Positions 36,435 through 47,206 are shown, counted from the stretch's first letter. The stretch is DNA of 64,000 nucleotides from an uncultured Bacteroidota bacterium (GCA_963827085.1 CAWGZY010000001.1:117837-181836), one strand, 5' to 3'. Numbers and translations: made by a program. The notes: generated from the letters alone by a model not told the origin.

Positions 36435-36695
36435 AGTGTTCCTTATTGTTTATGATTCTTCAATGATGTACTCACGTGCGGGCGGCCTTTTTGGGCGGCA
36501 AAATGATACAATCGGTTGTGCAGGATTTCGAACTCATATTTAAAAATATCGCTCCGTTAAGGATCATCTTCTTCTGTTAGATTGTACTATGTCAGCTTCT
36601 CAGAATTAATGCATGCCAGTCATGTGAATTCAACGGGGCCAACCAGAAACCCTTCTGGCGTTTGGATTTTGAGTATCAGGGCGTTTATGGCTTTC

Positions 36696-36772
36696 AATAT
36701 AGAATCTCCCTTGAAGGAGCGCAATGAAGGGGATGTAAAAAAGTAGGCAGAAAGTATAAAAAATTTATAAAG
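36696..36772 (-). promoter_or_regulatory. kdp promoter with KdpE-box-like repeats
   Basis: Minus strand TTTATA..TTTATACTTT..TTTTTTACATCCC, resembling the E. coli KdpE site TTTATACTTTTTTTACA, directly upstream of TTGCGC-N17-TATATT. Confidence 0.75.
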
Positions 36773-36885
36773 ATGCTGCCAATTTCAGTAGCCATTTCCC
36801 CCATTCCGAACTGTTTGATCCTCGCTAAATAATTCCCTACCTTATACGTATTGAAACCGTATCACCTCACAAAAGAAGTTTGTCA

Positions 36886-37659
36886 ATGCTCAATGTTGCA
36901 AGGGAAGCCGCACTCGAAGCGGGGAAATTTCTAAAGGATAACCTCGGAAAAGTCAAGCATATCGAACGAAAACAGGGGCAAGAAACCAATCTTGTCACTG
37001 AAATCGACAAGCAGTCCGAAGCGCTCATAATCAAAAAGATCAAACAGCATTATCCCTCGCACGATATCCTTGCGGAAGAAAGCGGCAAGCATAATGTGCA
37101 GTCGGAGTACCGGTGGATCATCGACCCGCTCGACGGCACGACAAATTATACTCATTCCCTGCCGATTTTCTGTGTGTCGATCGGCGTTGAGTTGAACGGG
37201 GCAATTGTCGCCGGCGTAATCTACGACCCTTCTGCCGATGAAATGTTTACCGCCGAAAAAGGAGGGGGGGCATTCCTCAACGGTCAAAAAATTCATGTTT
37301 CGTCAAACGACTCGCTCATTAATAGTTTGCTCGTTACAGGTTTCCCCTATAACGTGAAGGAAAACCCGAACCATGTTGTCGACCATTTCGTGAAACTTTT
37401 GATGGAAGGGCAGGGTGTGCGCCGCCTCGGATCTGCCGCGCTTGATCTCGCGTATGTTGCGGCAGGGCGGTTGGATGGATACTGGGAGGTTTTTCTGTAT
37501 CCCTGGGATAAAGCTGCCGGCATATTGATGGTGCAGGAAGCGGGGGGTGTTGTCACAGATTTTAGGAACAATCCGGCGAACGTCTACGAGCCGACCACGC
37601 TCGCAACAAACGGAAAAATTCACCAACAGATGGTCGCTGTTTTACAAAAGTCTTTATAG
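36886..37659 (+). CDS. suhB: inositol monophosphatase family protein
   Basis: LVTEID, EE, WIIDPLDGTTNY, RRLGSAALDL, WDKAAG. Confidence 0.92.
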   Translation: MLNVAREAALEAGKFLKDNLGKVKHIERKQGQETNLVTEIDKQSEALIIKKIKQHYPSHDILAEESGKHNVQSEYRWIIDPLDGTTNYTHSLPIFCVSIGVELNGAIVAGVIYDPSADEMFTAEKGGGAFLNGQKIHVSSNDSLINSLLVTGFPYNVKENPNHVVDHFVKLLMEGQGVRRLGSAALDLAYVAAGRLDGYWEVFLYPWDKAAGILMVQEAGGVVTDFRNNPANVYEPTTLATNGKIHQQMVAVLQKSL

Positions 37660-37668
37660 CCTCAACGC

Positions 37669-38778
37669 ATGGCGTCAACTGGTTCAAAAATTCTTATTGT
37701 GGATGACGAACCCGACCTGCTCGAGATTACGGCAGAGTATCTGGAAATGGAGGGATACGTGCCGCTCACGGCGTTGAGCGGTGCCGCAGCCATGGAAATC
37801 TTAAACGTTACTATTCCCGACCTTATTATATCAGACATCACGATGCCGGGTATGAGCGGCTTCGATTTGTTTGAAAAGATTCGCTCCGATTCAAAGTTCC
37901 AGAATACTCCCTTCATTTTTCTCTCCGGTTATGCCGATCTCCAACATATAATGGCAGGTAAAGAGCTTGGCAGCGACGATTATTTGGTGAAGCCGTATGA
38001 GCCTGAAATGTTGATCTCTACGATCAAAGGGAAACTGAAACGCAGCCGGCAGCTGAACGATTCGATGTCTCAGCAAATAGAAAGCCTGAAGAATCAACTT
38101 TTCCGCCTTATCTCCCATGAAATGCGCACGCCGTTGACGTCGATTCTCGGCGCGGCCGAAATTCTCTCCGGCGGAAAGGAGGCGTTGTCTCCCGAGGACT
38201 TCACAGAATTTTTACAGATGTTGAAAATCGGCACGCTCAGGCTCAACAGGATGGTTGAAGATTTCTTGCTCGTTATTAAAATCGAGTCTGGCGAAGTTTC
38301 AAAGGAAATCGATTTCAACGGAGCGTGCATCGTTCCGCTGGAAATCGCGACCCGCTTTGCCTCCGTGCTTGAAGAAATAAAAAAGAATAAAGACATTACT
38401 CTCAGCATAGAGGTGTCGGACGAATCGCCGTACCTTTTTATTCATCCGCCGCACTTCGAAGATATTGTTGCCCGTTTGTTTGATAACGCATGTAAGTTTT
38501 CTCCGCCGGGTGCGGTCATAACGATCGCGTCGCACGGCGAAAACGACCGATACATATTCAGTGTAGCAGATAATGGAAATGGGATCCCCCTCGATAAGCA
38601 GGATCGGTTATTCCAAAAATTTTATCAAGTAGATCGCGAATCTCATGAGCAGCAAGGGGCGGGATTGGGACTATACATTGCGAAAAGGCTTGCCGAACTT
38701 AACAAATGCACGTTGTGGTGTGAAAGCGATCGGGGGAAAGGTGCCGCGTTCTATTTATCGATTCCAAAAAAAATGTAG
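37669..38778 (+). CDS. hybrid receiver-histidine kinase
   Basis: N-terminal receiver (VDDE, SDITMP, KP); SHEMRTPL H-box; DNACKF, DNGNGI, GAGLGL. Confidence 0.93.
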   Translation: MASTGSKILIVDDEPDLLEITAEYLEMEGYVPLTALSGAAAMEILNVTIPDLIISDITMPGMSGFDLFEKIRSDSKFQNTPFIFLSGYADLQHIMAGKELGSDDYLVKPYEPEMLISTIKGKLKRSRQLNDSMSQQIESLKNQLFRLISHEMRTPLTSILGAAEILSGGKEALSPEDFTEFLQMLKIGTLRLNRMVEDFLLVIKIESGEVSKEIDFNGACIVPLEIATRFASVLEEIKKNKDITLSIEVSDESPYLFIHPPHFEDIVARLFDNACKFSPPGAVITIASHGENDRYIFSVADNGNGIPLDKQDRLFQKFYQVDRESHEQQGAGLGLYIAKRLAELNKCTLWCESDRGKGAAFYLSIPKKM

Positions 38779-38790
38779 CATTGAGCAAAT

Positions 38791-38819
38791 GTGTAGGACG
38801 CCTTCAAAGTGTCCTACAC
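38791..38819. repeat. GTAG-type REP palindrome 5' of RAYT
   Basis: GTGTAGGACGCCTTCAAAGTGTCCTACAC. Confidence 0.8.
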
Positions 38820-38840
38820 CTACAGCATTGGGGGGCTAAA

Positions 38841-39349
38841 GTGAATTTTGAATTTGGAAAGTACTATCATCTCTATAATCGTTCAAACAACGAAGAGATC
38901 GTTTTTAGAACTGATGAGAACTATATTTACTTCCTTCAAAAATATCGTTCCCATCTTCTAAATTTGGTCAATACCATCGCGTATTGCTTAATGCCAACGC
39001 ATTTTCACTTTGTTGTGAGGGTTGCAACAACTGACGAAAATACTCTTCGTAAAACGATTGGACTGCTACTAAGTCGCTATACGAAAGCAATCAATAAACG
39101 ATATCATCGACATGGAGGACTTTTTCAACCGCATACGAAAGCAAAGGAAATATTCGGCGACCGGTATCTGTTGACAGCCATATCGTACATCCATCAAAAC
39201 CCAGTAAGGGCAAAGAAAGTAGTTAAACTTGAGGACTGACCTTATTCGAGTTACAGCGACATTGCAGGGATGAGATATGGTACGTTGCCGGACAAGGATT
39301 TTTACGGTAGGTATTTCAAATCGGAAGCGGAGTTCAAATGTTTTTCATA
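38841..39349 (+). pseudogene. REP-associated tyrosine transposase (RAYT) with a premature stop
   Basis: YYHLYNRSNN, YCLMPTHFHF (HUH), GGLFQ, YIHQNP; TGA at 39237-39239 sits where W of LEDWPYSSY is expected, and the reading frame continues PYSSY. Confidence 0.88.
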
Positions 39350-39372
39350 AAAAATGGTCGCAGGTATTAAGA

Positions 39373-39401
39373 TATAGGACGCCTTCAAGGTGTCCTCTAT
39401 A
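39373..39401. repeat. REP palindrome 3' of RAYT
   Basis: TATAGGACGCCTTCAAGGTGTCCTCTATA, a variant of the 5' copy. Confidence 0.75.
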
Positions 39402-39402
39402 A

Positions 39403-40665
39403 TTAAAACTCTTCCCCCTTTTCCCTCGTTATATCAGCCCCTAACCCCTGCAGTTTTTTTTCGATGGCTTCGTAGCCGCGGTCAAGGTGGTAGACGCGCA
39501 GGACTTCTGTCTCGCCGTGCGCTCGTAGACCGGCGAGAATCAATGCCGCCGAGGCGCGTAAATCCGTCGACATAACCTTTGCACCCGTCAATTTCTTAAC
39601 GCCGCGTATGACGGCGGCATTTTCATTCAGCTCGATGTCGGCTCCCAAACGAACCAATTCGGGAACATGCTTGAAGCGGTCAAAGTAGATTGTATCGGTT
39701 ACCGTAGATGAACCTTTCGCGATAGCCATCAACGCAATCCATTGAGCCTGCATATCAGTTGGAAAGCCGGGATAGATGGCCGTCGTAACGTCGACGGGAC
39801 CGACTTCCTTCGGCGCATGGATTTCAATCGATGTTGCACTGACCTTCACCTGTGCGCCCGCGTCTTCCAGACGTGCGGTGACTGCCGAAACGTGCTGGGG
39901 ATTGCATTCTTCGATTTTCACTTTCCCTCCGCATAGAGCGCAGGCGACAAGCATTGTACCGGTTTCGATTCGGTCCGGGATTGTTTCAATATCCGCAGGG
40001 TGCAGGGCATCGATCCCTTCTACCTCGAGTACGTTTGATCCAATCCCGTCGATTTTTGCTCCCATTGAAACAAGGAGTTCGGCGAGGTTAGTGATTTCCG
40101 GCTCTACGGCTGCATTTTCGATCAGTGTCGTTCCTTTCGCAAGCACCGCTGCCATCAAAATATTTCCTGTTGCCCCTACGCTTGAAATTTTGAACGAAAT
40201 TCGCGCGCCCTTCAACCGCCGCGCTTTTGCAATAATATATCCGCGCTCCAGGTCTATTGACGCCCCTAATTTTTTCAACCCCTCAATGTGGAGATCGACC
40301 GGACGCGGTCCCCATGCGCATCCTCCGGGGAGCGAAACTTTTGCATGTCCGTAACGGGACACCAGCGGGCCGAGCACATAAATGGATGCGCGCATTTTCT
40401 TCACGTGTTCATACGGCGCTTCGAATTTGTTGACGCGAAATGTGTTGATGAAGAGCGACCGGCCGCTTCGTTCGACGGTCACTCCCATTGTTTGAAGCAA
40501 GCGGGACATAGTGACAACATCGCGAAGGTCGGGGGTATTGTGCAGTTCGTACTTGCCGCTGGCGAGGAGCGTCGCCGGCATCAATGCGAGCGATGCATTC
40601 TTTGCGCCGCTGATGCGCACCGTTCCTCGCAGTGATTTACCCCCGTGAATAATGAATTTGTCCAC
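39403..40665 (-). CDS. murA: UDP-N-acetylglucosamine 1-carboxyvinyltransferase
   Basis: SGAKNA, MRAS, LPGGCAWGPRPVDLH, PDRIE, PGFPTDMQ, TDLRA, HLDRGY. Confidence 0.98.
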   Translation of the reverse strand: MDKFIIHGGKSLRGTVRISGAKNASLALMPATLLASGKYELHNTPDLRDVVTMSRLLQTMGVTVERSGRSLFINTFRVNKFEAPYEHVKKMRASIYVLGPLVSRYGHAKVSLPGGCAWGPRPVDLHIEGLKKLGASIDLERGYIIAKARRLKGARISFKISSVGATGNILMAAVLAKGTTLIENAAVEPEITNLAELLVSMGAKIDGIGSNVLEVEGIDALHPADIETIPDRIETGTMLVACALCGGKVKIEECNPQHVSAVTARLEDAGAQVKVSATSIEIHAPKEVGPVDVTTAIYPGFPTDMQAQWIALMAIAKGSSTVTDTIYFDRFKHVPELVRLGADIELNENAAVIRGVKKLTGAKVMSTDLRASAALILAGLRAHGETEVLRVYHLDRGYEAIEKKLQGLGADITREKGEEF

Positions 40666-40748
40666 GTCTATCCTCTACGGGAAAATCTTCAATAATGCCT
40701 GCCATGAACGGCTGGGTTTGCGTTGCTGCTGCCGCCGTTCCAGCGAGT

Positions 40749-43295
40749 TTACTTCTTCGCCGCAGGTTCTTCGCGACTGTTGCGCTTCCTCCACCAGAAA
40801 AATCCGACAGCCAACATCGCACACCACGAGAGAATGTTTGTGACGAGGCTGATGGTCCGTCCGATAAAATATTTTTCAGGATGGAATATGAATTCGACTC
40901 GATGCTTTCCCTTCGGAACGACAACCGAACGGAACGCGTAATCCGTTTTAAAGATCTCGGTCTCCTCTCCATCGATGAAAGCTCTCCATCCTTTCGGGTA
41001 ATAAATTTCACTGACAAAAAGGAGATTATTGCCCGATGCTTCGACGTCAAATGAAACATTGTGAATACCGAAATTGTTGACGGCAACCTTCGCCGTTGTG
41101 TCGGGGGGCTCGATGGCAATAGCCGGATTTTTTTCAAAAAAAGCGATGTGGTGCGGGTCGAACGACATGTCCCGAATGCGGTACAGGATTCCAAGCCCGG
41201 AGTCGACCGCAATAGAATCGACAAACCATGCCCGCTGGCTCCCCGGAGGATACGCAAGGACTTTTTTGTCCTGTCCTCGGAAAACAACTGGAAGGCCGGG
41301 TATATTTTCCTTCGGATCGGCGATGATGTACTTGGTATTCATCAACTCCCACACCGTTGGATTTCCGATTGTCGCAACATCGACGACATCCTGGTATACA
41401 CGAATCTTTGCGCCATGGTAGCCGCCGATGCTTTGAAGTCTATAGTATGCTAAGGTATTCGACGGCTCCCTTAAGTTTTCCGTGTCCAGCACTCGGTACA
41501 ACGATTTGTCCTGCTGGATTGCCTGCACATAGTCCGGAGTGACAAACTCGGCGGCTTGCTGTGTTGCATCGTGGAGCTGCATCGGTTTGTAATCGACTCG
41601 CCACAAGTCGGCCACCGCCAGTACAATAATTGAGAGGCTCAAAGTTGAAGACTTGATAAAATGTTTTCTGTATGCGTAGGCAAGCCCGAATATGGCCGCG
41701 ACAAGGAATGTCCCTATCAAATAATCTGATACCACCGAATCATAGAGAAAATCGAATACCATCGGACGGACCTGTGCAAGGACGTTCTCCTGCTGTCTGC
41801 CGACGAGTTCCGACAGCAATTTGGAAAGGCCGTCGCTGCCGACAAAGCTCCGATACAAGTCCTCGAACAGTCCCCGTCCGACAAGCCCGATAATAAATAA
41901 CACACCCGCACCGCCGATGATGTATTTGTATTTTTTTTCTTCCTCGGGTGAGAACTTTTCTTTCCCTTTGTCGATGATCGATTGGAGGCCGTACCCTGCA
42001 AAGATTGGCACGATAAGCTGCAAGAGGATCAGGATCATCGAAGGGATGCGGAACTTGTTGAATTCCGGGAAATAGTAGTACATCAGATCGTAGACGGGGG
42101 AGAAGTTCCTTCCGAACGAAACAAAAAGCGAAAGGCCGGCGACGATAAGCATCGCTTGGACAAAACGATCACGGCGGTTGTAATACACCCCCAGCACCGC
42201 AAAAATGAGGACGATGAGTCCCATGTACTGCGGTGCATCGGTAAATGTCATCTGTCCCCAGTACATATTCAGGTGCTGTTCCTGATTTCCGGTGAGGGGA
42301 CCTTTGTACAGTTGGTCTCCAAATCCGTACAACGACGGGATGAAAAATGTCATCGTTTCGCCCGGGCTGAACGACCAATTAGTAGCATACTCGTAATCGA
42401 GCCCCCCCTCGGCTGTCTTGGACTGCGACGGGGTTGCGGATTGAACGATCGGGTTTGTGCCGCGTATCGAATACGGATTGTATTCGAGCGTTGAAAGATA
42501 AATATCCGCGGACATTGCAAAAGAAAATGCTGCTGCCAGCCCAAAGACGATGCCGCTGCGGAGAACGTTAAACCATTGCTCCTTTTTGATGACCCGGACA
42601 ACGAGCAGATAGAGATAGTAGATCCCGATCAGGAGATAAGTATAAAAGAAGAACTGAATGTGAGAAGCAAGCTGCTGGATGTGGATGGCCACCATCAAGA
42701 CGATGCCGTGCCACCATTTGAAGTCGTCGATCATTTCTTCTATGAGCATGAGCACAATCGGCAGCAAACAAATTGACGCGATTTTAGTGTTGTGCCCCAC
42801 CATGATGAGGATGATCACGTATGTTGAAAAAAGTGTGGCAAGCGATGTGAACAGAGCTGCGAGCGGGGATTTCTTTTTGTGGATCATGAAAAAATACGTT
42901 GAAACGCCGAAGATAAAATAATAGAACATCACCGTCGTGCCTGCCTCGTTCCGAAGAACGAAGGTAAAGAGGTTGTGCGCCCAATCGACGAAAGTGGAAG
43001 TGAGATCGAAGATTCGATTCTGAGCGGAGAGGAGGCTCGCAAGCGAAGGCATTCCGCAAAAAATGTACGGCACCCATAAAGGGTAGATACCGTTCTTCTT
43101 TGCATCATCCAGATATGGCAAGAAACTCTTGGAGGCTATATTATCGCTGGCAAAAAAGACTTTTCCGGAAAAGACCACATCATGGAAGAAGAGAACCAGG
43201 GCCAGCAGGATGACGCCGACCGCTGCATAATGTTGATACTCTTTTGGAATGAAAGGACGTGTTTCCGCCCGCGGTTGATTTTTTGGTTTTGCCAT
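40749..43295 (-). CDS. YfhO-family multi-TM protein (GT-C-like)
   Basis: PLWVPYIFCGMP, many TM segments, SIGGYHGAK, SEIYYPKGWRAFIDG. Confidence 0.85.
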   Translation of the reverse strand: MAKPKNQPRAETRPFIPKEYQHYAAVGVILLALVLFFHDVVFSGKVFFASDNIASKSFLPYLDDAKKNGIYPLWVPYIFCGMPSLASLLSAQNRIFDLTSTFVDWAHNLFTFVLRNEAGTTVMFYYFIFGVSTYFFMIHKKKSPLAALFTSLATLFSTYVIILIMVGHNTKIASICLLPIVLMLIEEMIDDFKWWHGIVLMVAIHIQQLASHIQFFFYTYLLIGIYYLYLLVVRVIKKEQWFNVLRSGIVFGLAAAFSFAMSADIYLSTLEYNPYSIRGTNPIVQSATPSQSKTAEGGLDYEYATNWSFSPGETMTFFIPSLYGFGDQLYKGPLTGNQEQHLNMYWGQMTFTDAPQYMGLIVLIFAVLGVYYNRRDRFVQAMLIVAGLSLFVSFGRNFSPVYDLMYYYFPEFNKFRIPSMILILLQLIVPIFAGYGLQSIIDKGKEKFSPEEEKKYKYIIGGAGVLFIIGLVGRGLFEDLYRSFVGSDGLSKLLSELVGRQQENVLAQVRPMVFDFLYDSVVSDYLIGTFLVAAIFGLAYAYRKHFIKSSTLSLSIIVLAVADLWRVDYKPMQLHDATQQAAEFVTPDYVQAIQQDKSLYRVLDTENLREPSNTLAYYRLQSIGGYHGAKIRVYQDVVDVATIGNPTVWELMNTKYIIADPKENIPGLPVVFRGQDKKVLAYPPGSQRAWFVDSIAVDSGLGILYRIRDMSFDPHHIAFFEKNPAIAIEPPDTTAKVAVNNFGIHNVSFDVEASGNNLLFVSEIYYPKGWRAFIDGEETEIFKTDYAFRSVVVPKGKHRVEFIFHPEKYFIGRTISLVTNILSWCAMLAVGFFWWRKRNSREEPAAKK

Positions 43296-43321
43296 GTGAG
43301 GATGAGCGTTGGTGAAGTGGG

Positions 43322-44644
43322 TTACGAGGCCGCGCGTTCAAGCGAATCGTCGAACATCTGCGCCAACCTTTTTGTAATTTCTTTTCTCTCAAACTGAGCG
43401 ATCGCTTTCAGGTCTGGAGAAAAACTGGATTTATTATAGAGATAATCATTATAATATTCAAGAATGATACGTTCGATAGACGCGACGTCGTCGTTGCGCG
43501 CAACACGCCCGGTGCCCGTGGCTCGCAACAACTCCGCTACCGCTCCTTCATGGGCGATGCCGATGATCGGCCGCCGTGCGCCAATGTACTCAAAAACCTT
43601 TCCGGGGACGATTTCTTCGCCGCCTGCATATTCATCGACAATAAGCAACAGCGCATCGGACTTCATGAGATGTTCGATACTCTCGGAATGGGGGAGATAG
43701 GGGAGTCTTTCGATACAACCCGCGACGGCAGGTTCGTGAAACATCTCTACGACTTCGGCGCCGAACCTGCCGATGAATTTCAGGCAAAGCTTCATCGGGT
43801 CGACCTGTTTTGCTATGATGAGGTTTGCTGCCGCCTGCAGGAATGTTTTTGGGTTCCGAACGCCGTACATCGAGCCGGCATACGTTATCGTAAACTTTTC
43901 ATTCCGGCGGTATGCAGTCGATGGAAAATCGGCGCTGTCGAATCCGTTCGGTAAATGGGAGACCTTATCGACAGAAATTGCCGGATATTTTTTATGGAGG
44001 TCGAGAAGAATGCCGCGCCAAGCTACTTCGACACGTGTCGCTTCTTGGAAACAGCTCCGTTCAAAATACTTGTCTATTTTTTTTGGAAGAAACCAGCGGT
44101 TCGGGGTTGAGAGAAATCCTGTCCACGGGTCTCTGAATCCGGCTATCCACGGCAGGCCGGTCGCTCGATGAACATTTCGGGCAATCACCGCGCACGTGTA
44201 CGGCGGGGAAGAAGAGTAGATTGCATCAATCCGTTCCTGCTTGATAATTCGTTTTGCTTCGCTGACCGCGGTGAACAGCCAGCCGATCCGCGCATCGGGG
44301 ATGAAAAAGGTGGCCCGGATGAACTCAGCGATTGTCTCGGAGAAATTCTTTCGTTCTCCTTTTTTGGGAATGTTGTTGACGTCGACCGCAGTCCCGGGTT
44401 TCTTGCCGGTTATTCTCCTGTAGAAGCTGTACGGTTCAACGATCGGCGTTCTAAAAACCTTTAATGAAGGGGGAATTTCTTTCAGCAGCGATTCGTCACG
44501 TGCAGGGTAATCGCCATCTTTCACGGTCAATACGATAGGCTCCCACCCAAATTCGGGGAGGTACTTCACAAACTTCAGCACCCGTTGAACCCCAGGTCCC
44601 CCGGACGGCGGGAAATAGTATGTTATGATGAGAACTTTTTTCAT
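43322..44644 (-). CDS. GT4 glycosyltransferase
   Basis: KKVLIITYYFPPSGGPGVQR, FRDPW, PNGFD, PGKVFEY. Confidence 0.9.
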   Translation of the reverse strand: MKKVLIITYYFPPSGGPGVQRVLKFVKYLPEFGWEPIVLTVKDGDYPARDESLLKEIPPSLKVFRTPIVEPYSFYRRITGKKPGTAVDVNNIPKKGERKNFSETIAEFIRATFFIPDARIGWLFTAVSEAKRIIKQERIDAIYSSSPPYTCAVIARNVHRATGLPWIAGFRDPWTGFLSTPNRWFLPKKIDKYFERSCFQEATRVEVAWRGILLDLHKKYPAISVDKVSHLPNGFDSADFPSTAYRRNEKFTITYAGSMYGVRNPKTFLQAAANLIIAKQVDPMKLCLKFIGRFGAEVVEMFHEPAVAGCIERLPYLPHSESIEHLMKSDALLLIVDEYAGGEEIVPGKVFEYIGARRPIIGIAHEGAVAELLRATGTGRVARNDDVASIERIILEYYNDYLYNKSSFSPDLKAIAQFERKEITKRLAQMFDDSLERAAS

Positions 44645-44862
44645 TCCTGTCCGCGGTATCTGGTGCCCAAAGTCTGTTGTAAGAACCTCTCTTTACTCTC
44701 AAAACGTAAACGGCTGTAATGCCCATGCACCACAGCCGTGAAAAGCAATACATTCTTTGAAAAAATACAAAGAATCCAGTCTAAAGGCAACCTGAAGCTG
44801 TGCTATCGTAAACTGATCGCTCCTGTAGCAGTAATCGCAAGATTATTTACGGCCCCAATGTT

Positions 44863-47145
44863 TTACAATGAAGTTGAAAAGCTTAAGCGGATTACTCGAG
44901 GAGTTCCCGGGGTAAAATCTAAATCGGCGACGGGCGCCTGTTCATTTTGCAGCCGCGAAATGGTATAAAATTGTGCTTCGTTCCATTCAACGTTAAAAAC
45001 ATTTTCGACGGTCATCATTACTCGATATGTATGAAAATTGTAGGCAATGTTTGCATCGAAGACCGTATAACCAAGCGCCCTCACGCTGTTGTTGTCGTTT
45101 GCCGGCCGGCTGTCGATGCTCCGGTACCTTAAGCTCCCTTCCAGACCCGATGAGTGTCGTGCGGTAAGCCCGCCGGTGGACGACAATGTGGGTGCAAGCG
45201 GGATAAAATTGCTGCCGTTCGGCAAGTCGCGGAATCGTCCGTGCGAAAAATTGACGTCGACGTCGCTCCAAAGCCAATCCAATAATTGAAGGCGGGTGTC
45301 AAAATCTATTCCAACTCTGCGTGTGGGTCCTTGTTCCTCAGTCGTTCCATCATCTCCCGAATAGACAAACTCTCGCTGAAGATCCAGTCCCCAAAACGCT
45401 ATGGAGGCTGTGTACCTTCCGCTTGGCGTATAGCGTGTGCCAACCTCGGCTCCCACGGCGCGTGGAAGTGTTATGTCGGACCGTTGCGTAAGCACATCCC
45501 GCGCATCATTGGAGTGGAATCCGGAACCAAAATTCAGGAAAATATCCGTTGTCGTCGACGGCGAAATAATGATATTTGCCTTCGGGCTGAGAATGGATTG
45601 GTCTACGATCCCGGTGATGCTGCTCGGACTTCCTGCATGAAGAAGGTCGTTGACGTTGAACAAAAAATTATCGGCTCGAAGACCGAATTGAAATTTGACG
45701 AACGAGCTGAGGCGGTAATCTTGCTGCGCATACATTGAGATGTTTGTTTGCTTAATATCCGCGTCGACGCTGTCCTTGAGGCGCTGCCGTTTCACCGCAT
45801 GCCAAAGGCCGTTATGGATCCAATCATTACGAAGTGAAAATCCAATCAGAGTGGTTGACGCTGGATCGCTAAAGAGTGATGTTGTCGTATATTCAACCCG
45901 CCCCCCGGCAAGTGTTCGCCGGTCGTCCTGTTCAATTTCATCGCCGTTGACGGGGTCAACAAGAAAAAAAGTAAAATCAGAGAAGAGTTGAAAATTATAG
46001 CGCGATGCGTATGCTTGTGCGATAAGTGTTGACGACTCCCCCGAACGGGTATAGATAAGATTGATATTCTGTCGATACGTATTTCCCCCTTCAGATGGGT
46101 CGATAGAACCGAACCGTCCGATGATTCCTTCTTCAACCGCTCGCTCGGGTATCTGTCCCGACGCATCCCACGACGAGCTAAACCCGGATGCCCATAATGA
46201 GAGCGTCTGGCTGTCGCCGAGATACGTTGTCATTTTGCCGAAAAGATTATAGCGGTCGAAATCCTGGCTGTGATCGAAATAACTTTTGTTGTGGAAGATT
46301 TCTCCCGCAGCATACGCCGTGGTTTGGTCAGCGGCGAGCGGAATTTTTGCCATCCCCGATACTCTCTCTAATCCGAACGTTCCGGCTTCAGCATCGAGCG
46401 AATTGTAATCAATCTCATCGACTGTGGTAAATTGCACCGTTCCTGCCGTTGCGAAATCGCCAAACTGTGCGAAGTAAGGACCTTTATAGACATTCATTCC
46501 CTCGAGAACTTCCGGCATTATGAAATGAAGGTCGGCGTATCCTTGTCCGTGTCCGTGGCTTACCATATTCACCGGCATTCCATCCACGGAAATATTGACG
46601 TCTGTGCCGTGGTCTGCGTCGAAACCTCGTAAAAATATTTGTTCTGCTTTTCCGCCCCCTGCATGCTGAGCGATGAAAAGCCCGGGCACCATCCTCAGAA
46701 GATCTTGCGTTGATTCCTTTGGGCGTAACTCGAAATCCAGAGCGCTGATCATACCGGAAGAAGCTGCCGAAAGGGGAGCCTGGGCAGTCACGACCACTTG
46801 TTGCGTCGATGTCGTTGTTTCGGCCATCTCAAAGATAACTTTTGCCGTTTCTTTTTCCTGAACGACAATCTCCTTCACGACCTTGGAATATCCAACAGCG
46901 CTCGCTGCAAGTCTACAAGTTCCGGGCGGCACGCGGTTGATGATAAAAGAGCCGTCAATTTTTGACGAGGCACCGAGCTTTGTTCCTTCAACAGTGATGT
47001 TAACGAAGGGAATGGGTGTACGCGATGATTGATCGACTGTCGAGCCAGAAATCTTTCCGGTGGTTTGGCCGAACATATCGGCGAGACCTACGAACAGCAG
47101 TGCCGTCAATATTTGTGTTCTCGAACGACGGAATATATATGGCAT
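44863..47145 (-). CDS. TonB-dependent receptor, probably for nickel/metal uptake
   Basis: Signal peptide, carboxypeptidase-regulatory-like N domain, plug QHAGGGKAEQIFLRGFDADHG..HGHGQGYAD; downstream of nikR. Confidence 0.9.
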   Translation of the reverse strand: MPYIFRRSRTQILTALLFVGLADMFGQTTGKISGSTVDQSSRTPIPFVNITVEGTKLGASSKIDGSFIINRVPPGTCRLAASAVGYSKVVKEIVVQEKETAKVIFEMAETTTSTQQVVVTAQAPLSAASSGMISALDFELRPKESTQDLLRMVPGLFIAQHAGGGKAEQIFLRGFDADHGTDVNISVDGMPVNMVSHGHGQGYADLHFIMPEVLEGMNVYKGPYFAQFGDFATAGTVQFTTVDEIDYNSLDAEAGTFGLERVSGMAKIPLAADQTTAYAAGEIFHNKSYFDHSQDFDRYNLFGKMTTYLGDSQTLSLWASGFSSSWDASGQIPERAVEEGIIGRFGSIDPSEGGNTYRQNINLIYTRSGESSTLIAQAYASRYNFQLFSDFTFFLVDPVNGDEIEQDDRRTLAGGRVEYTTTSLFSDPASTTLIGFSLRNDWIHNGLWHAVKRQRLKDSVDADIKQTNISMYAQQDYRLSSFVKFQFGLRADNFLFNVNDLLHAGSPSSITGIVDQSILSPKANIIISPSTTTDIFLNFGSGFHSNDARDVLTQRSDITLPRAVGAEVGTRYTPSGRYTASIAFWGLDLQREFVYSGDDGTTEEQGPTRRVGIDFDTRLQLLDWLWSDVDVNFSHGRFRDLPNGSNFIPLAPTLSSTGGLTARHSSGLEGSLRYRSIDSRPANDNNSVRALGYTVFDANIAYNFHTYRVMMTVENVFNVEWNEAQFYTISRLQNEQAPVADLDFTPGTPRVIRLSFSTSL

Positions 47146-47206
47146 TAAAGAATGGTGATCAGTATCAGTTAGTTTCCGATGGTTTCGCTGTACTGCGATT
47201 CAATTG

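Noticed and set aside
39237-39239. TGA read as Trp or Sec (alternative genetic code) in RAYT
   Set aside because: TGA is the normal stop of many intact genes here (aroK, aroB, kdpF, kdpB, yggS), and the position is a Trp, not a Cys. A TGG>TGA mutation or sequencing error is simpler.
44700-44745. Hairpin ACGGCTGTAATGC..GCACCACAGCCGT as a riboswitch or ncRNA
   Set aside because: A single stem between the TonB receptor and GT4 genes with no further support; it could be a terminator or processing stem.
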